Counted from the first letter of the stretch, positions 36,155 to 45,575 are shown. The stretch: DNA of 64,000 bases from an uncultured virus (IMG/VR IMGVR_UViG_3300028925_010764) (IMGVR_UViG_3300028925_010764), one strand, 5' to 3'. Numbers and translations: made by a program. Notes: a model not told the origin generated them from the letters alone.

Positions 36155-39100
36155 ATGCAGACGATGACAAGTAAACCACAAGGCCGATCAGGATTAGCTA
36201 ACGCTCAAGAGAGTATTCAAGAACTCCTCGACGCAAGCGCAGGCAGCGTTAAGGCAACCACCTTGACCAACCTGCAGCAATACGAAACCCCGGCATGGCT
36301 GTCGACCCTGTGCCACCTCCTCCTGCCCACCACCCCTGACACGGAGTTCGATCCGACGTGTGCCAGCGGCAACCTGATCCGGAGCGCACGCTACGGGTTC
36401 GGCGTGGACATCGACAACAAGCACGCCACTGAGGACAGGACACGCCTGACCGGCAACATGGTCAAGGTGTGGGAGATCCTCGACGACGTTTATCCTGACC
36501 TCCGCTTCGAGTGCCAGGTGGCGAACCCTCCCTTCGGGTTGAGCTGGAAGGTTGGCGTTGGCGACACCACGCACAACAAGGCTGACAGCACGGCCTACAC
36601 CTACGCCAAGCTGCGCGAGCGCACGGCATGGAATGGCTACGGGTTCATGATCGCGAACCGGAAGACCATCGAGAAGGAGGACTGGCAGCACGACACCGGG
36701 GTCTACCTCTACCTCACCATGCCGGCTGGAGTGTGGGAGAACTGCGACGTCGAGCTCGGCATCGTGTTCTGGCAGAACGTCACGGTCCCACGGGAGCTGG
36801 TCACCTTTAACGTGAACAAGGAAGCATCCCTTGACCTGTTGAAACGTGAGCCTCGAACACTGATGACCATAGATGAGATAGCTGAGGTTCGCCGCGTCAA
36901 CCGGTTAGCACCCGGCCCGTCCATCGCGCCCAACGTGGAGGCATTGGACGGATCCAAGTATGCCAGCTACGCCTGTCTCTACAGGGTGTGGTCGGAGATC
37001 GACGCCATGCTGAGCGAGGAGCGAAGGAAGATCCCGCCCTTCAATATCTACCTCAACGATGACGGGATGCTTCAGACCTACCTGAGTCAGCGCTTCCAGA
37101 TCACGCGCAAGATACTGCGCGACGACGTGATCAAGCTGGAGCGGATCAACAAATGCCACCCTCTCTCCCTCACTGCGGAGAAGGAGACGCGGCTGCTCAT
37201 GCAGGAGCTCCTCGACTTAGGTGTCTACACCATCCAACCCGAGGCTGCGGCTGCCATCAAGGAGGCGCTCGCCGATGTGCACCGTATGTCGGCGCCACTC
37301 ATGCCGGTCACCCAGTTCATGAAGGTGGCGTATGCTGATGAGTCCGAGACGCTGAGATGCCATAACTTCTCACACGGGTTCAACGAGGACACCCACTACA
37401 GCGTGGACACCGGGACGTATGCGTGGGAACGCAAGTTCAGCCGTAAGAAGATCCACTGGAACAAGGACGACGGGCAGCACTGCGTGGATCACTCCATCCA
37501 GTTGTCAGGCATGGACCGATACATCTCCCTGAAGGATGAAATCAATACGCCTCACTACTTCTGCGAGCACCCGAGCGCGAACGAGATGAAGAATAAGGTT
37601 AAGAGTGAGAACGCCATCATCCACCATGAGGCGGAACTGTGGGAGATCTTCGACGAGCCCGTGGTTCCTACTGTCGTCGAGCTCAACCCGGAGAAGATCA
37701 AGATCAACAAGCGTTCGCTTGCCATGATCGAGATGATGGGTGGATTCAAATACTACCCGGGCCAGGTGGACTACCTCGCGCGCATCGGCACCAAGGAAGG
37801 CTGCATCGTTGCGGCTGACGTTGGATGCGGCAAGACACTGATGGCAATCTCCCTCATTCAGATGAAAGGGCCGAAACGCGCCATGATCATCGCACCTCAA
37901 GGGACTATGCGTGGATCCGATGGAGTGGAGCAGGAATACAACGCCAGCCAGTGGGTGACGGAGATCAGCACGTTCGCGCCGGGACTGGAGGTCTATGAGA
38001 TCTTCTGCCTTGAGGACTATGGCCGAATCAAGGCGATGAACGGTGGCTCCCTGCCGAACGGGGTGTTCATCAGCTACTACCAAGCCATGTTCCAGAACAA
38101 GGGGCAAGAGTCATGCCCTGATACGTGGAACGATATGAAGCTGAGCGAGGCCGTGGGAATCAAGCACCCCTCACTGATTGGGGAAGATCACGAGGTGTGG
38201 GCAACCGATGAGGACGGGGAGCTCAAGGAGAACGACGACGGTGACCACTACAAGATCGAGAACCCTAAGTTCGTGGCCGTGCGAAGCAGCAAGGAGATGT
38301 GCAAGGACGTTGGCACTGAGAAGCGCGGTATCCGCTGCATCCTCAAGCCTTGCTTGTCCACCCTGATCCAGCATGAGTTCGATGCGGTGTTCTTGGATGA
38401 GGCTCACCTCTGCTCCAACCTCGCAGCCAACGTCACGCAGATGCTGATCAGGATGCGCCCCGCTCTACGCTTCGCCCTGACTGCAACTCCGATCCCAAAC
38501 ATCGTGAGCAACCTGTTCTCGGTGATGGGATGGGTGTGTGTGCCGGACTGGTATAAGGATGAGATCCGCAACGCGGCGTGGCCGTGGGCTCGCAAGGAGA
38601 TCGGCCGCTTCAACAACCTGTTCCTCTCCAGCGAGCGGGACTACACGCAGGAGGCACTGGACGAGCTGTCGAAGAAGAAGGCAGGGCGTTGCATTAAAAA
38701 GTCTCCGGTCATCAGCTCGCCGGCTAGGCTTCTCAAGCACCTGTCGCCGAGCATGGCATACATCGGCAAGGACATGTGCAACCCGAAGTATGTTTCGCCG
38801 AACATCATCGACATCAGGGTGGGGCATGGCGAGGAGCAGGCGGGACTCTACTCGTTCTTCATGGACCGAGGTCGTATCCCTGGCAACGCATTCGTCAGGG
38901 CAGGCAAGCAGATCCAGTATCTGAGGAACATTTGCGCGGACCCGAATGGGTTCAAGCTCAAGCCTGATCAGCTCTGCCTCTACGATGAGCACCCTCCCGA
39001 GTGCGAGAGCAACATGAACCCGAAGACGACGGCAATCCTTGAGTTGATCAGGGACATCGGACTGCGCGACGAGCAGGTAGTGGTGGTGTCCAGTAGGATC

Positions 39101-39619
39101 GGCCAGTCCAACACCATCGAACGCTACCTGCGCGAGACAGGGTATCGCATCAGCCGGATCGACTCGACTGTCCCGGCCAAGATGCACGCGCAGCAGGCGA
39201 GCATCTTCAAGGCTCGCAAGACAGACGTGCTGATCATGGGCATCAAGTGCGCGCAGGGTTACTCGTTCCCCGACTGCCCGAACCTGATCATCGGATCGCT
39301 CGAGTATTCCTACGGCCCCTTCCATCAGGCCAAGGGCCGGGTCGACCGGGTGAACAGCAGGCGGCAGGCGAATATCTACTGCGTGCTGAACAAGGACTCG
39401 ATCGAGGAGACGATGTTCGACGTGGTCGCCACCAAACAGGACGCGGCGACGATCTGCCTCCATGGGAAGAGGATTGAGCGCGACTTCAAGCCGGTCGATC
39501 TCGGTGAAGTGCTTGCTATCGCACTAGAGAAGGCTATTTTGGACACGACGAGCGAGGCTCTCTGCGAATCCCTCTGGCCTGAGATGCGCGCCAGCTTCAA
39601 ACGTCCTCTCTTAGCGTGA
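36155..39619 (+). CDS. Amino-MTase-like domain fused to a SNF2-type helicase (DarB-like architecture)
   Basis: FDPTCASGNL and NPPF in the N-terminal part; ADVGCGKT, DEAH, TATP and QAKGRVDR helicase motifs. Confidence 0.85.
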   Translation: MQTMTSKPQGRSGLANAQESIQELLDASAGSVKATTLTNLQQYETPAWLSTLCHLLLPTTPDTEFDPTCASGNLIRSARYGFGVDIDNKHATEDRTRLTGNMVKVWEILDDVYPDLRFECQVANPPFGLSWKVGVGDTTHNKADSTAYTYAKLRERTAWNGYGFMIANRKTIEKEDWQHDTGVYLYLTMPAGVWENCDVELGIVFWQNVTVPRELVTFNVNKEASLDLLKREPRTLMTIDEIAEVRRVNRLAPGPSIAPNVEALDGSKYASYACLYRVWSEIDAMLSEERRKIPPFNIYLNDDGMLQTYLSQRFQITRKILRDDVIKLERINKCHPLSLTAEKETRLLMQELLDLGVYTIQPEAAAAIKEALADVHRMSAPLMPVTQFMKVAYADESETLRCHNFSHGFNEDTHYSVDTGTYAWERKFSRKKIHWNKDDGQHCVDHSIQLSGMDRYISLKDEINTPHYFCEHPSANEMKNKVKSENAIIHHEAELWEIFDEPVVPTVVELNPEKIKINKRSLAMIEMMGGFKYYPGQVDYLARIGTKEGCIVAADVGCGKTLMAISLIQMKGPKRAMIIAPQGTMRGSDGVEQEYNASQWVTEISTFAPGLEVYEIFCLEDYGRIKAMNGGSLPNGVFISYYQAMFQNKGQESCPDTWNDMKLSEAVGIKHPSLIGEDHEVWATDEDGELKENDDGDHYKIENPKFVAVRSSKEMCKDVGTEKRGIRCILKPCLSTLIQHEFDAVFLDEAHLCSNLAANVTQMLIRMRPALRFALTATPIPNIVSNLFSVMGWVCVPDWYKDEIRNAAWPWARKEIGRFNNLFLSSERDYTQEALDELSKKKAGRCIKKSPVISSPARLLKHLSPSMAYIGKDMCNPKYVSPNIIDIRVGHGEEQAGLYSFFMDRGRIPGNAFVRAGKQIQYLRNICADPNGFKLKPDQLCLYDEHPPECESNMNPKTTAILELIRDIGLRDEQVVVVSSRIGQSNTIERYLRETGYRISRIDSTVPAKMHAQQASIFKARKTDVLIMGIKCAQGYSFPDCPNLIIGSLEYSYGPFHQAKGRVDRVNSRRQANIYCVLNKDSIEETMFDVVATKQDAATICLHGKRIERDFKPVDLGEVLAIALEKAILDTTSEALCESLWPEMRASFKRPLLA

Positions 39620-39730
39620 GTGTTCGTGGGTGCCGAGCGTCACTGTCCGCACGGATCATCTTGGAAAACACCATCGGGGTATGCTGAAGCCTTTCTTCTC
39701 CAGCCTCTGCCCCCACTCTGTCACCTTACA

Positions 39731-39759
39731 TTGACAGACAATCCGGATGGGGATACAAA
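39731..39759 (+). promoter_or_regulatory. Sigma70-like promoter
   Basis: TTGACA, 17-nt spacer, TACAAA; ATG 5 nt after the -10 box. Confidence 0.5.
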
Positions 39760-39764
39760 ACCCC

Positions 39765-40121
39765 ATGCCTGAATACACATCCTTCTGGGATCGCCTCGAA
39801 ATAATCCCGCCCATTCTGATACGCCTGCTCGCCAAGAAGGGGCAGGAACCCATGACGACATCGGAGATTGCCAAGGCATCAGGTCTGACCGATGCTGAGG
39901 TGCTGCGACTGTCGTGGTGCACCAGTTGGGACGGGGTCACAGTCACCGAGATGAAGGCATTCATGCAGGGATGCGACCGGGACTGGACGACATACGCCGG
40001 ATGGAAGAAGATCCGGAACTACATCACGAACCACCAGGTGACGTTCAAATATTTGAGACGGTCACCGGAGTTCGACACTCTTCTGTGCAAACTCTCAGAC
40101 AAATTCACCAGCCTTGACTGA
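39765..40121 (+). CDS. HTH-like DNA-binding protein
   Basis: MTTSEIAKASGLTDAEVLRL; start may be 39747 or 39765. Confidence 0.6.
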   Translation: MPEYTSFWDRLEIIPPILIRLLAKKGQEPMTTSEIAKASGLTDAEVLRLSWCTSWDGVTVTEMKAFMQGCDRDWTTYAGWKKIRNYITNHQVTFKYLRRSPEFDTLLCKLSDKFTSLD

Positions 40122-40791
40122 ACCACTGCGACGGCACGTTATCGGAGCTGGGGCTATTAGGCCCAAGCCAGCCACGCCGGTCCTCACCATCGACGCCGAG
40201 CGAATGCTCGAATTGTACGAGGCCGACAAGGCATGGCGTGACAGGCAGAAGAACGTGGAAAGGCTGGAGGCTGCGCGAGATGAGAAGGTAAAGAAGATCT
40301 CAGTTAAAATCAAAAGGGTGTCGAAGTTATTCACCAAACTTTGCGCCCTTCGTAAGACTTGGAAGAACGGGAAGCATAGGGGTTTGCGCGCTGCACTCAC
40401 CTCGCTGACCACACGAGAGAGACTACTAATCCAGCTCGAACTTGCCGACCGCGTGAAGGAGTATCGACGCGATCTCCGCGCATGGCGAGCCGAGCTATAT
40501 GCAAAGGACCAACATGCAGATGATAAAGAAAGGACGGATCTGGCACGTCCGATACAAGAGCCAGAACGGAGCACTGATGCTCACCACGAAACAAACGGAT
40601 CTGACCCAAGCCAAGAAGGTAGTGGAGGAGGCGGGGATCAAGCAGATAGAACAGGCCGCGCAAGCGGGGATCATGACGGACAGCGCCATATCGGCGGCGG
40701 TGAACGGGAGGAAGGTGACGCTCAAGACAGCCTTCCTCCAGTGGTGCCACTGGATGACGACATCCCTGGCCCCTCGGACCAAGGAGAATAA
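40114..40791 (+). CDS. Possible basic coiled-coil protein overlapping the recombinase gene
   Basis: Fills the 40121-40514 gap; its last ~90 codons overlap the recombinase in another frame. Confidence 0.35.
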   Translation: MTEPLRRHVIGAGAIRPKPATPVLTIDAERMLELYEADKAWRDRQKNVERLEAARDEKVKKISVKIKRVSKLFTKLCALRKTWKNGKHRGLRAALTSLTTRERLLIQLELADRVKEYRRDLRAWRAELYAKDQHADDKERTDLARPIQEPERSTDAHHETNGSDPSQEGSGGGGDQADRTGRASGDHDGQRHIGGGEREEGDAQDSLPPVVPLDDDIPGPSDQGE

Positions 40792-41662
40792 CATGACCTA
40801 CTTCAGTGCGTTCGCGCGGAAGCTGACGAACGAATGGAAGGTGAGCAAGGCGCTGGCGTCCATCGACATCGGTGATCTGAGCAAATGGGTCAACGACGGA
40901 GGCAAGGTTGGCACCCGGCGTGTGCGCCTCTCTGCGCTGCGCTCCTTCTGGAAGTGGGCCAATGCGGAGGGTATCACCAACAAGAACCCGGCATCCATCA
41001 CCAAGATCAAGACAGACGGCATGACACACGCAGATAAGGAGGTCACTAAGAGGGACCGCGTCATCAGTGACTCGGACTATCAGGCTCTGGTCAATGACAT
41101 CCGTCCTCGCCGGCGCGGTGAGGCTGGATTGTGCATGGAGTGGAGGGACGTCATCGTCCTCGCTCGCAGGACGGGGCTCAGAATGGGCGACGTGATGAAC
41201 ATCGAGATGGAGTGCTTCGACTGGAATGATGGAACCATCACCGTCTGGACGGACAAGCGGGACAAGCGGGTGCAGATCCCAATCCATCCGGAGATCGTGC
41301 GGAAGATGCACCCTGACAGCGACCCGATATGGGCGCAGGGAAAAACGGCAACGGTGCACAATCCACGTCGCCACATGTTCGACACGCTTCGGACTGTCTA
41401 CAATAAGCCCAAGTCCCGGCCCTATCTGTCGAAGGTGTTCACTCGCCACGCTGAGAAGAACGATGTCAAGGCCACCTTCCATGACTTCAGGCACACGTTC
41501 GCCACTGAGTGCATGGTGAAGGGACTGGACATGCCGCACATCGCATCGCTGCTCGGTCACTCGTCGACCAAGACGACCGAGGTCTACGTCGATGAGAACG
41601 TGGAGCCGGGCAAGGTGATCAGCATCGTCGACATGCTCGACGACATTAGGAGGCAGGGATGA
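40514..41662 (+). CDS. Tyrosine recombinase/integrase
   Basis: TGLRMGD (R), K, FHDFRHTFAT (HxxR) and LLGHSS...TEVY (H, Y); AAGGACCAAC-ATG start at 40514. Confidence 0.92.
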   Translation: MQMIKKGRIWHVRYKSQNGALMLTTKQTDLTQAKKVVEEAGIKQIEQAAQAGIMTDSAISAAVNGRKVTLKTAFLQWCHWMTTSLAPRTKENNMTYFSAFARKLTNEWKVSKALASIDIGDLSKWVNDGGKVGTRRVRLSALRSFWKWANAEGITNKNPASITKIKTDGMTHADKEVTKRDRVISDSDYQALVNDIRPRRRGEAGLCMEWRDVIVLARRTGLRMGDVMNIEMECFDWNDGTITVWTDKRDKRVQIPIHPEIVRKMHPDSDPIWAQGKTATVHNPRRHMFDTLRTVYNKPKSRPYLSKVFTRHAEKNDVKATFHDFRHTFATECMVKGLDMPHIASLLGHSSTKTTEVYVDENVEPGKVISIVDMLDDIRRQG

Positions 41663-41679
41663 AAGTTGAAAATCCCAAT

Positions 41680-41704
41680 AAAAAAGAAACGGCGATACCG
41701 TTTC
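41680..41704 (-). terminator. Intrinsic terminator of the minus-strand late operon
   Basis: GAAACGG-CGATA-CCGTTTC hairpin next to an A6 run (U6 on the minus strand). Confidence 0.6.
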
Positions 41705-41713
41705 AGGGAGAAG

Positions 41714-42025
41714 TTAATCAGGGTTCACCCAGCGTTTCCCCGTAAGGTGACAGAACATCTTGGTAAACCTTTTCCACCAGCCCTTGTCATTGAATGTATT
41801 CCCCGCATGACACAATTCTTTGTGGCACCCGTAGGAGCACAGTGTGATCGTGTTATCCAAATCGTAACAGAATCGTTCGTATTTGGGATGGGCCTTGGGG
41901 TAGATGTGGTGTCCGTTCAACCTTCGCCGGCCAGGCTTCTTGCCGCACATCTGGCATGTGTCCTTGTCTCGGTCGAGGGCAAGGCGCCTAACCTTCGAGA
42001 ATCGGTATGAGTTGAAATTCTTCAT
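41714..42025 (-). CDS. HNH endonuclease
   Basis: RD..TCQMCG...HHIYP...NTITLC...CH...H. Confidence 0.85.
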   Translation of the reverse strand: MKNFNSYRFSKVRRLALDRDKDTCQMCGKKPGRRRLNGHHIYPKAHPKYERFCYDLDNTITLCSYGCHKELCHAGNTFNDKGWWKRFTKMFCHLTGKRWVNPD

Positions 42026-42027
42026 CG

Positions 42028-42783
42028 TTATTTCATGTTGGCGATGTAGCTGGCCATCTTGTGATCATTGGCTCCGTCGATGACGGACTGGAACAGTCGG
42101 CCCATCAGTCGATCCCATCTCTCTGCCCACCATCCGATCACCACCCTTTCACCGTGCCTGTCGAAGTAGTATCGGAACCCGGTGTGGCAGGCGAATGGAG
42201 GGAGGCGGGTGACTGCGTCGTTGTGGTTGACGTGCCGGTAGTGGCGAATCATCTCGTTGAAGAGGCGGGCGCAGCGTCGGTTGCACCACCTCGGGCAGCC
42301 GAACGTGTAGACTGCGCTGACCCCGACACCATCGAGCGCGAGGCGAAGGGCCAGGATGCAAGCGTTGGCCGCTCCCAATGAGTGGCCCATCACAAAGACG
42401 GGCTGGACTCCTTGGACTTCCTTGATCCATGCCCGTATGTCTCGCCACACGCTGCCGACAGCCGTGAGGAATCCTCGGTGGACGTTGCCGTGGTTGGTGC
42501 GCTTGACATCAGCCATGCTGAAGGATCCGGTTTGATCAGGATCTCGGATGTCGAATGGCACCTTGTGAAATTTGATGTCTACCTTCGCATCGGCAAGGGA
42601 GCTGGTGCCACGGAAGACGATGATGATCTGGTCTGGTGTGGCCCATCCGAATGCTTCGGTGTCAGTCTTCTCGTCGTGCCACCGGATGCCAGCCCCGGGT
42701 GCGTCAAGGTAAGCGAGTGCGCTCAGCCGGGCCGCCTCTTTGGCGTTCCCGTTCGAGTAAAGCTGAGTGTCCTGCCACTTCAT
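42028..42783 (-). CDS. Lipase class 3 (alpha/beta hydrolase)
   Basis: VFRGT, VHRGF, GHSLGAA nucleophile elbow, YTFGCPR, ND.VTRLP and DH.M..Y. Confidence 0.9.
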   Translation of the reverse strand: MKWQDTQLYSNGNAKEAARLSALAYLDAPGAGIRWHDEKTDTEAFGWATPDQIIIVFRGTSSLADAKVDIKFHKVPFDIRDPDQTGSFSMADVKRTNHGNVHRGFLTAVGSVWRDIRAWIKEVQGVQPVFVMGHSLGAANACILALRLALDGVGVSAVYTFGCPRWCNRRCARLFNEMIRHYRHVNHNDAVTRLPPFACHTGFRYYFDRHGERVVIGWWAERWDRLMGRLFQSVIDGANDHKMASYIANMK

Positions 42784-43169
42784 GGCTTCTTGATGTCACC
42801 AGCCTTCTCGACCACGGTGCTCAGCTTCTCTTCAGTCTCAACACCCTTGGCTGTCACGCCGGAATTGTTGTCGAACATCCCCTTTCGGTCACCGATCATT
42901 TCCTCGGCTCCCGTTTTGGCGATGAACGCTGTCAACTTGGCATTCGATAGATCGTGTGCGGTGACACTGACTGCATTCGTGGTGTAGTATCTGATGCTCT
43001 TGATCGCACCGTTCGTGTGATACTCCACATGCAGGGCGGTGATGTTGTTCGTACTTGGTTCGTCAAACTCTGCACCGAACAGTGCCTCCTGTTTGTAGGC
43101 AAGGCCACCGCAACCGATGGTGATGATGAGGATGGTGAGGGCAGCGAGAATGAGAAAGGTTTTCTTCAT
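42780..43169 (-). CDS. Lipoprotein
   Basis: MKKTFLILAALTILIITIG-C lipobox-type signal. Confidence 0.6.
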   Translation of the reverse strand: MKKTFLILAALTILIITIGCGGLAYKQEALFGAEFDEPSTNNITALHVEYHTNGAIKSIRYYTTNAVSVTAHDLSNAKLTAFIAKTGAEEMIGDRKGMFDNNSGVTAKGVETEEKLSTVVEKAGDIKKP

Positions 43170-43177
43170 CCGTCCAT

Positions 43178-43915
43178 TTAGTCGAGAGGATACCTATCTG
43201 TCAATTGAATCCACCTGGCCCATTCCGGGTGCACGTTCAGCGCCTCCTGTGTTTTCATGCTTATCACGCCTTGCTCGCAGTAGTCCTTCCACCCTGCATT
43301 GCATGACGTGTTCCGCTTCGGCCACTCGTGATAGCCCATGTTGCAGTGCTCTCGAAGGAACCACTGGAAGTTCTGGTCAGTGAAGGGGAGGTAAACATCC
43401 ACTTCATCGATCCAGTGCGGTGTTCCCCAGTCGAACCACCCATCGTGAGCGAACATGTCAGAGAGCTTCCCCCCCGACTTGTGGATCTCACACTCGCACG
43501 TCGGATCATCGAGGGCATGGCGAAGCCAGTTGTCGAGCGGCCACTTGTAGAAGTCCTCGATCGGGATGCCGAGCTTCGGATACTTGTGCTCGAGGTCTTT
43601 GAACTCCTTCATGTGGAAGTAGAAGTAGGAGCAGAGCAGATCTCCCGGGTGCCTGGCCCATGAGAACGTGGTGAACCCATTCTCCCGCGCGAGAATGATC
43701 TGCTCCCGTGTCCAGTTCTTTGAGTGGTTGTGGACGAAGTGGTGGGGATCAGGGTCAGCGAGCCGGGCTTCCAGTTCCTCCGCTGTCCAGTCCCGGTGGA
43801 TCTCCTTCCATGAGTTCTCGATGCGCCACCCCTTCGGGTCGAACACCTTCACGCGGAAGTAGCTATTAACGAATACGCCGGCGCACTTGGGGCGGTGGAT
43901 GTGAGCGAGTTTCAT
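43178..43915 (-). CDS. Sulfotransferase-family protein
   Basis: HIHRPKCAG 5'-PSB-like loop and RHP..L.CS.F 3'-PB-like motif; start at 43915. Confidence 0.65.
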   Translation of the reverse strand: MKLAHIHRPKCAGVFVNSYFRVKVFDPKGWRIENSWKEIHRDWTAEELEARLADPDPHHFVHNHSKNWTREQIILARENGFTTFSWARHPGDLLCSYFYFHMKEFKDLEHKYPKLGIPIEDFYKWPLDNWLRHALDDPTCECEIHKSGGKLSDMFAHDGWFDWGTPHWIDEVDVYLPFTDQNFQWFLREHCNMGYHEWPKRNTSCNAGWKDYCEQGVISMKTQEALNVHPEWARWIQLTDRYPLD

Positions 43916-45138
43916 ATCAGCTTGAGGATAGCGGTTGACACTGGGTCGCCTGAGTTGCGGAGCAGATACTTCATCACCTCCGTCAGCGCCACGTCCCCGT
44001 CGCAGTTGGAGTAGGGGTGGACGTGCCATGACTGGATGCTGGCTCCTCGCAGCGTGGGGCCGAGATCTGAGAACCCCAGCTTGAGGGCTCGGCAGATGTC
44101 AGGTATGTCGAGCAACCGACTCGACCGGCCAAGGGAATACAGGCGCCAGAACCCATAGTTGTGAGTCTCGGGATACTCTGCCACCTTCCATGTCCCGCCC
44201 GCCCGGTTCATGCACTCCTGCTCGAAGAAGAGGCTGTCCTCCATCATGCCGTGCTCCCACCACTCAGGGAACTGGTCGTCGTCCGTCCAGACCATGCCCG
44301 CATTGTAGCGGCCGATGCTCATCTCCTTGTCGTGGGTGCTGAAGTGAGGCGACAGTGCCAGGTGACTGCGGGTCGGCGCGAACATGTGCGAGGTAGGTAT
44401 CACGTCGCAGTCGAGGAACATCGTGTCGTCATACTTCTTCAGGGCATACCGCATCGCCGCCATCTTCGCGACGATGATCTCGGGTCGGTGGGGATTCGGA
44501 TCCTGCACACTGGGCCAGCGTAGTTGCTTCGGCTCCTTCAGCCCGTATCGATCAACCACTGCGTCGAGGTATTGCTTTGAGATCCCGACCACAACCTCGA
44601 TGTGTTCGTGAGTGAACGTCGCCTTGATGCGCTTCTCCACTTGGTCATCGCAGAAGATGATGAACGGGGTCGCTTCATTCAACTCACGCAGCATCCTAAT
44701 CAGGTTGTCCAGCTCCCCGATGCAGTTGTAGGTGGCGACAGTGCAGAAGGACGAGATGCGCCGGGAGAAATCCACGGGTTCGCACTCGGTGGGCAGTGCA
44801 TTGACGTGGTTGCCCTGTAGGTGGGCCTTGTGAACCACGTCGGCATACACCGGCTCTCTGTCATCGACTACAACGGTGACATCCTCCGTGACCATGGCGG
44901 CAGCACGGTGGCCGGCGTCGATGAGCTTGGGGAATCTGGTGATCGTGAACTTATCGAAGCGCAAGCTGACGCTGATCGTCTCAGCTATCAGCTCTTGAAA
45001 GAAGTCATCCGACCCGCTGTTGTCAACGAGATAGACGTTGGTGAAACGCGCGTCGATCGCTTGCAAAAACTTCAGCCAGGCTGTCAGTTTTCCAGATCGA
45101 ACCGCACCGGTAAGCGTGCAAACAAGTCCGTATGTCAT
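43912..45138 (-). CDS. Glycosyltransferase (GT-A, DxD)
   Basis: FLDCD, YNAG.VW, FEQ..MN and NYGFWR motifs. Confidence 0.7.
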   Translation of the reverse strand: MTYGLVCTLTGAVRSGKLTAWLKFLQAIDARFTNVYLVDNSGSDDFFQELIAETISVSLRFDKFTITRFPKLIDAGHRAAAMVTEDVTVVVDDREPVYADVVHKAHLQGNHVNALPTECEPVDFSRRISSFCTVATYNCIGELDNLIRMLRELNEATPFIIFCDDQVEKRIKATFTHEHIEVVVGISKQYLDAVVDRYGLKEPKQLRWPSVQDPNPHRPEIIVAKMAAMRYALKKYDDTMFLDCDVIPTSHMFAPTRSHLALSPHFSTHDKEMSIGRYNAGMVWTDDDQFPEWWEHGMMEDSLFFEQECMNRAGGTWKVAEYPETHNYGFWRLYSLGRSSRLLDIPDICRALKLGFSDLGPTLRGASIQSWHVHPYSNCDGDVALTEVMKYLLRNSGDPVSTAILKLI

Positions 45139-45195
45139 GGTAGTGAAAGGTGACTGAGTTGACCACCTGTCCTGCCATAAATCAAGGCTATTCCA

Positions 45196-45537
45196 TTACC
45201 GGCTTGCAATTCTCAGTTCCAGTTTGTGCATTTCGGTTTTGTGCGCCTCGTTGTGGTCGTAAAACGTCTCAACGTGTTTGTCCATCCGTTTGACGAACTC
45301 TTCCTGCTGTTTGCCCATAGCGTCAACCGCATCGCAAACCCTTTTAACCGCGCTGTCGAGTGTGTTTTTGTCGGCTTTGTTTTCCATAGCTGTCTCCAGT
45401 CTGGTTATTTCATCAGTGATTTTTATTTCCCGGCGATCCAGGACCATGTTGATGAATTTGTAGACCGTGAATATTCCACCCAGCGCGGTGAAGAAACCGA
45501 TCATAACTACCCATAAAATTTGATCTTGCTCTGGCAT
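45196..45537 (-). CDS. Membrane-anchored coiled-coil protein (holin/spanin-like)
   Basis: One N-terminal TM helix followed by a coiled coil. Confidence 0.5.
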   Translation of the reverse strand: MPEQDQILWVVMIGFFTALGGIFTVYKFINMVLDRREIKITDEITRLETAMENKADKNTLDSAVKRVCDAVDAMGKQQEEFVKRMDKHVETFYDHNEAHKTEMHKLELRIASR

Positions 45538-45575
45538 ATTCTACAAATTAGGCAATGGGGAACTTCTCTGTCAAC

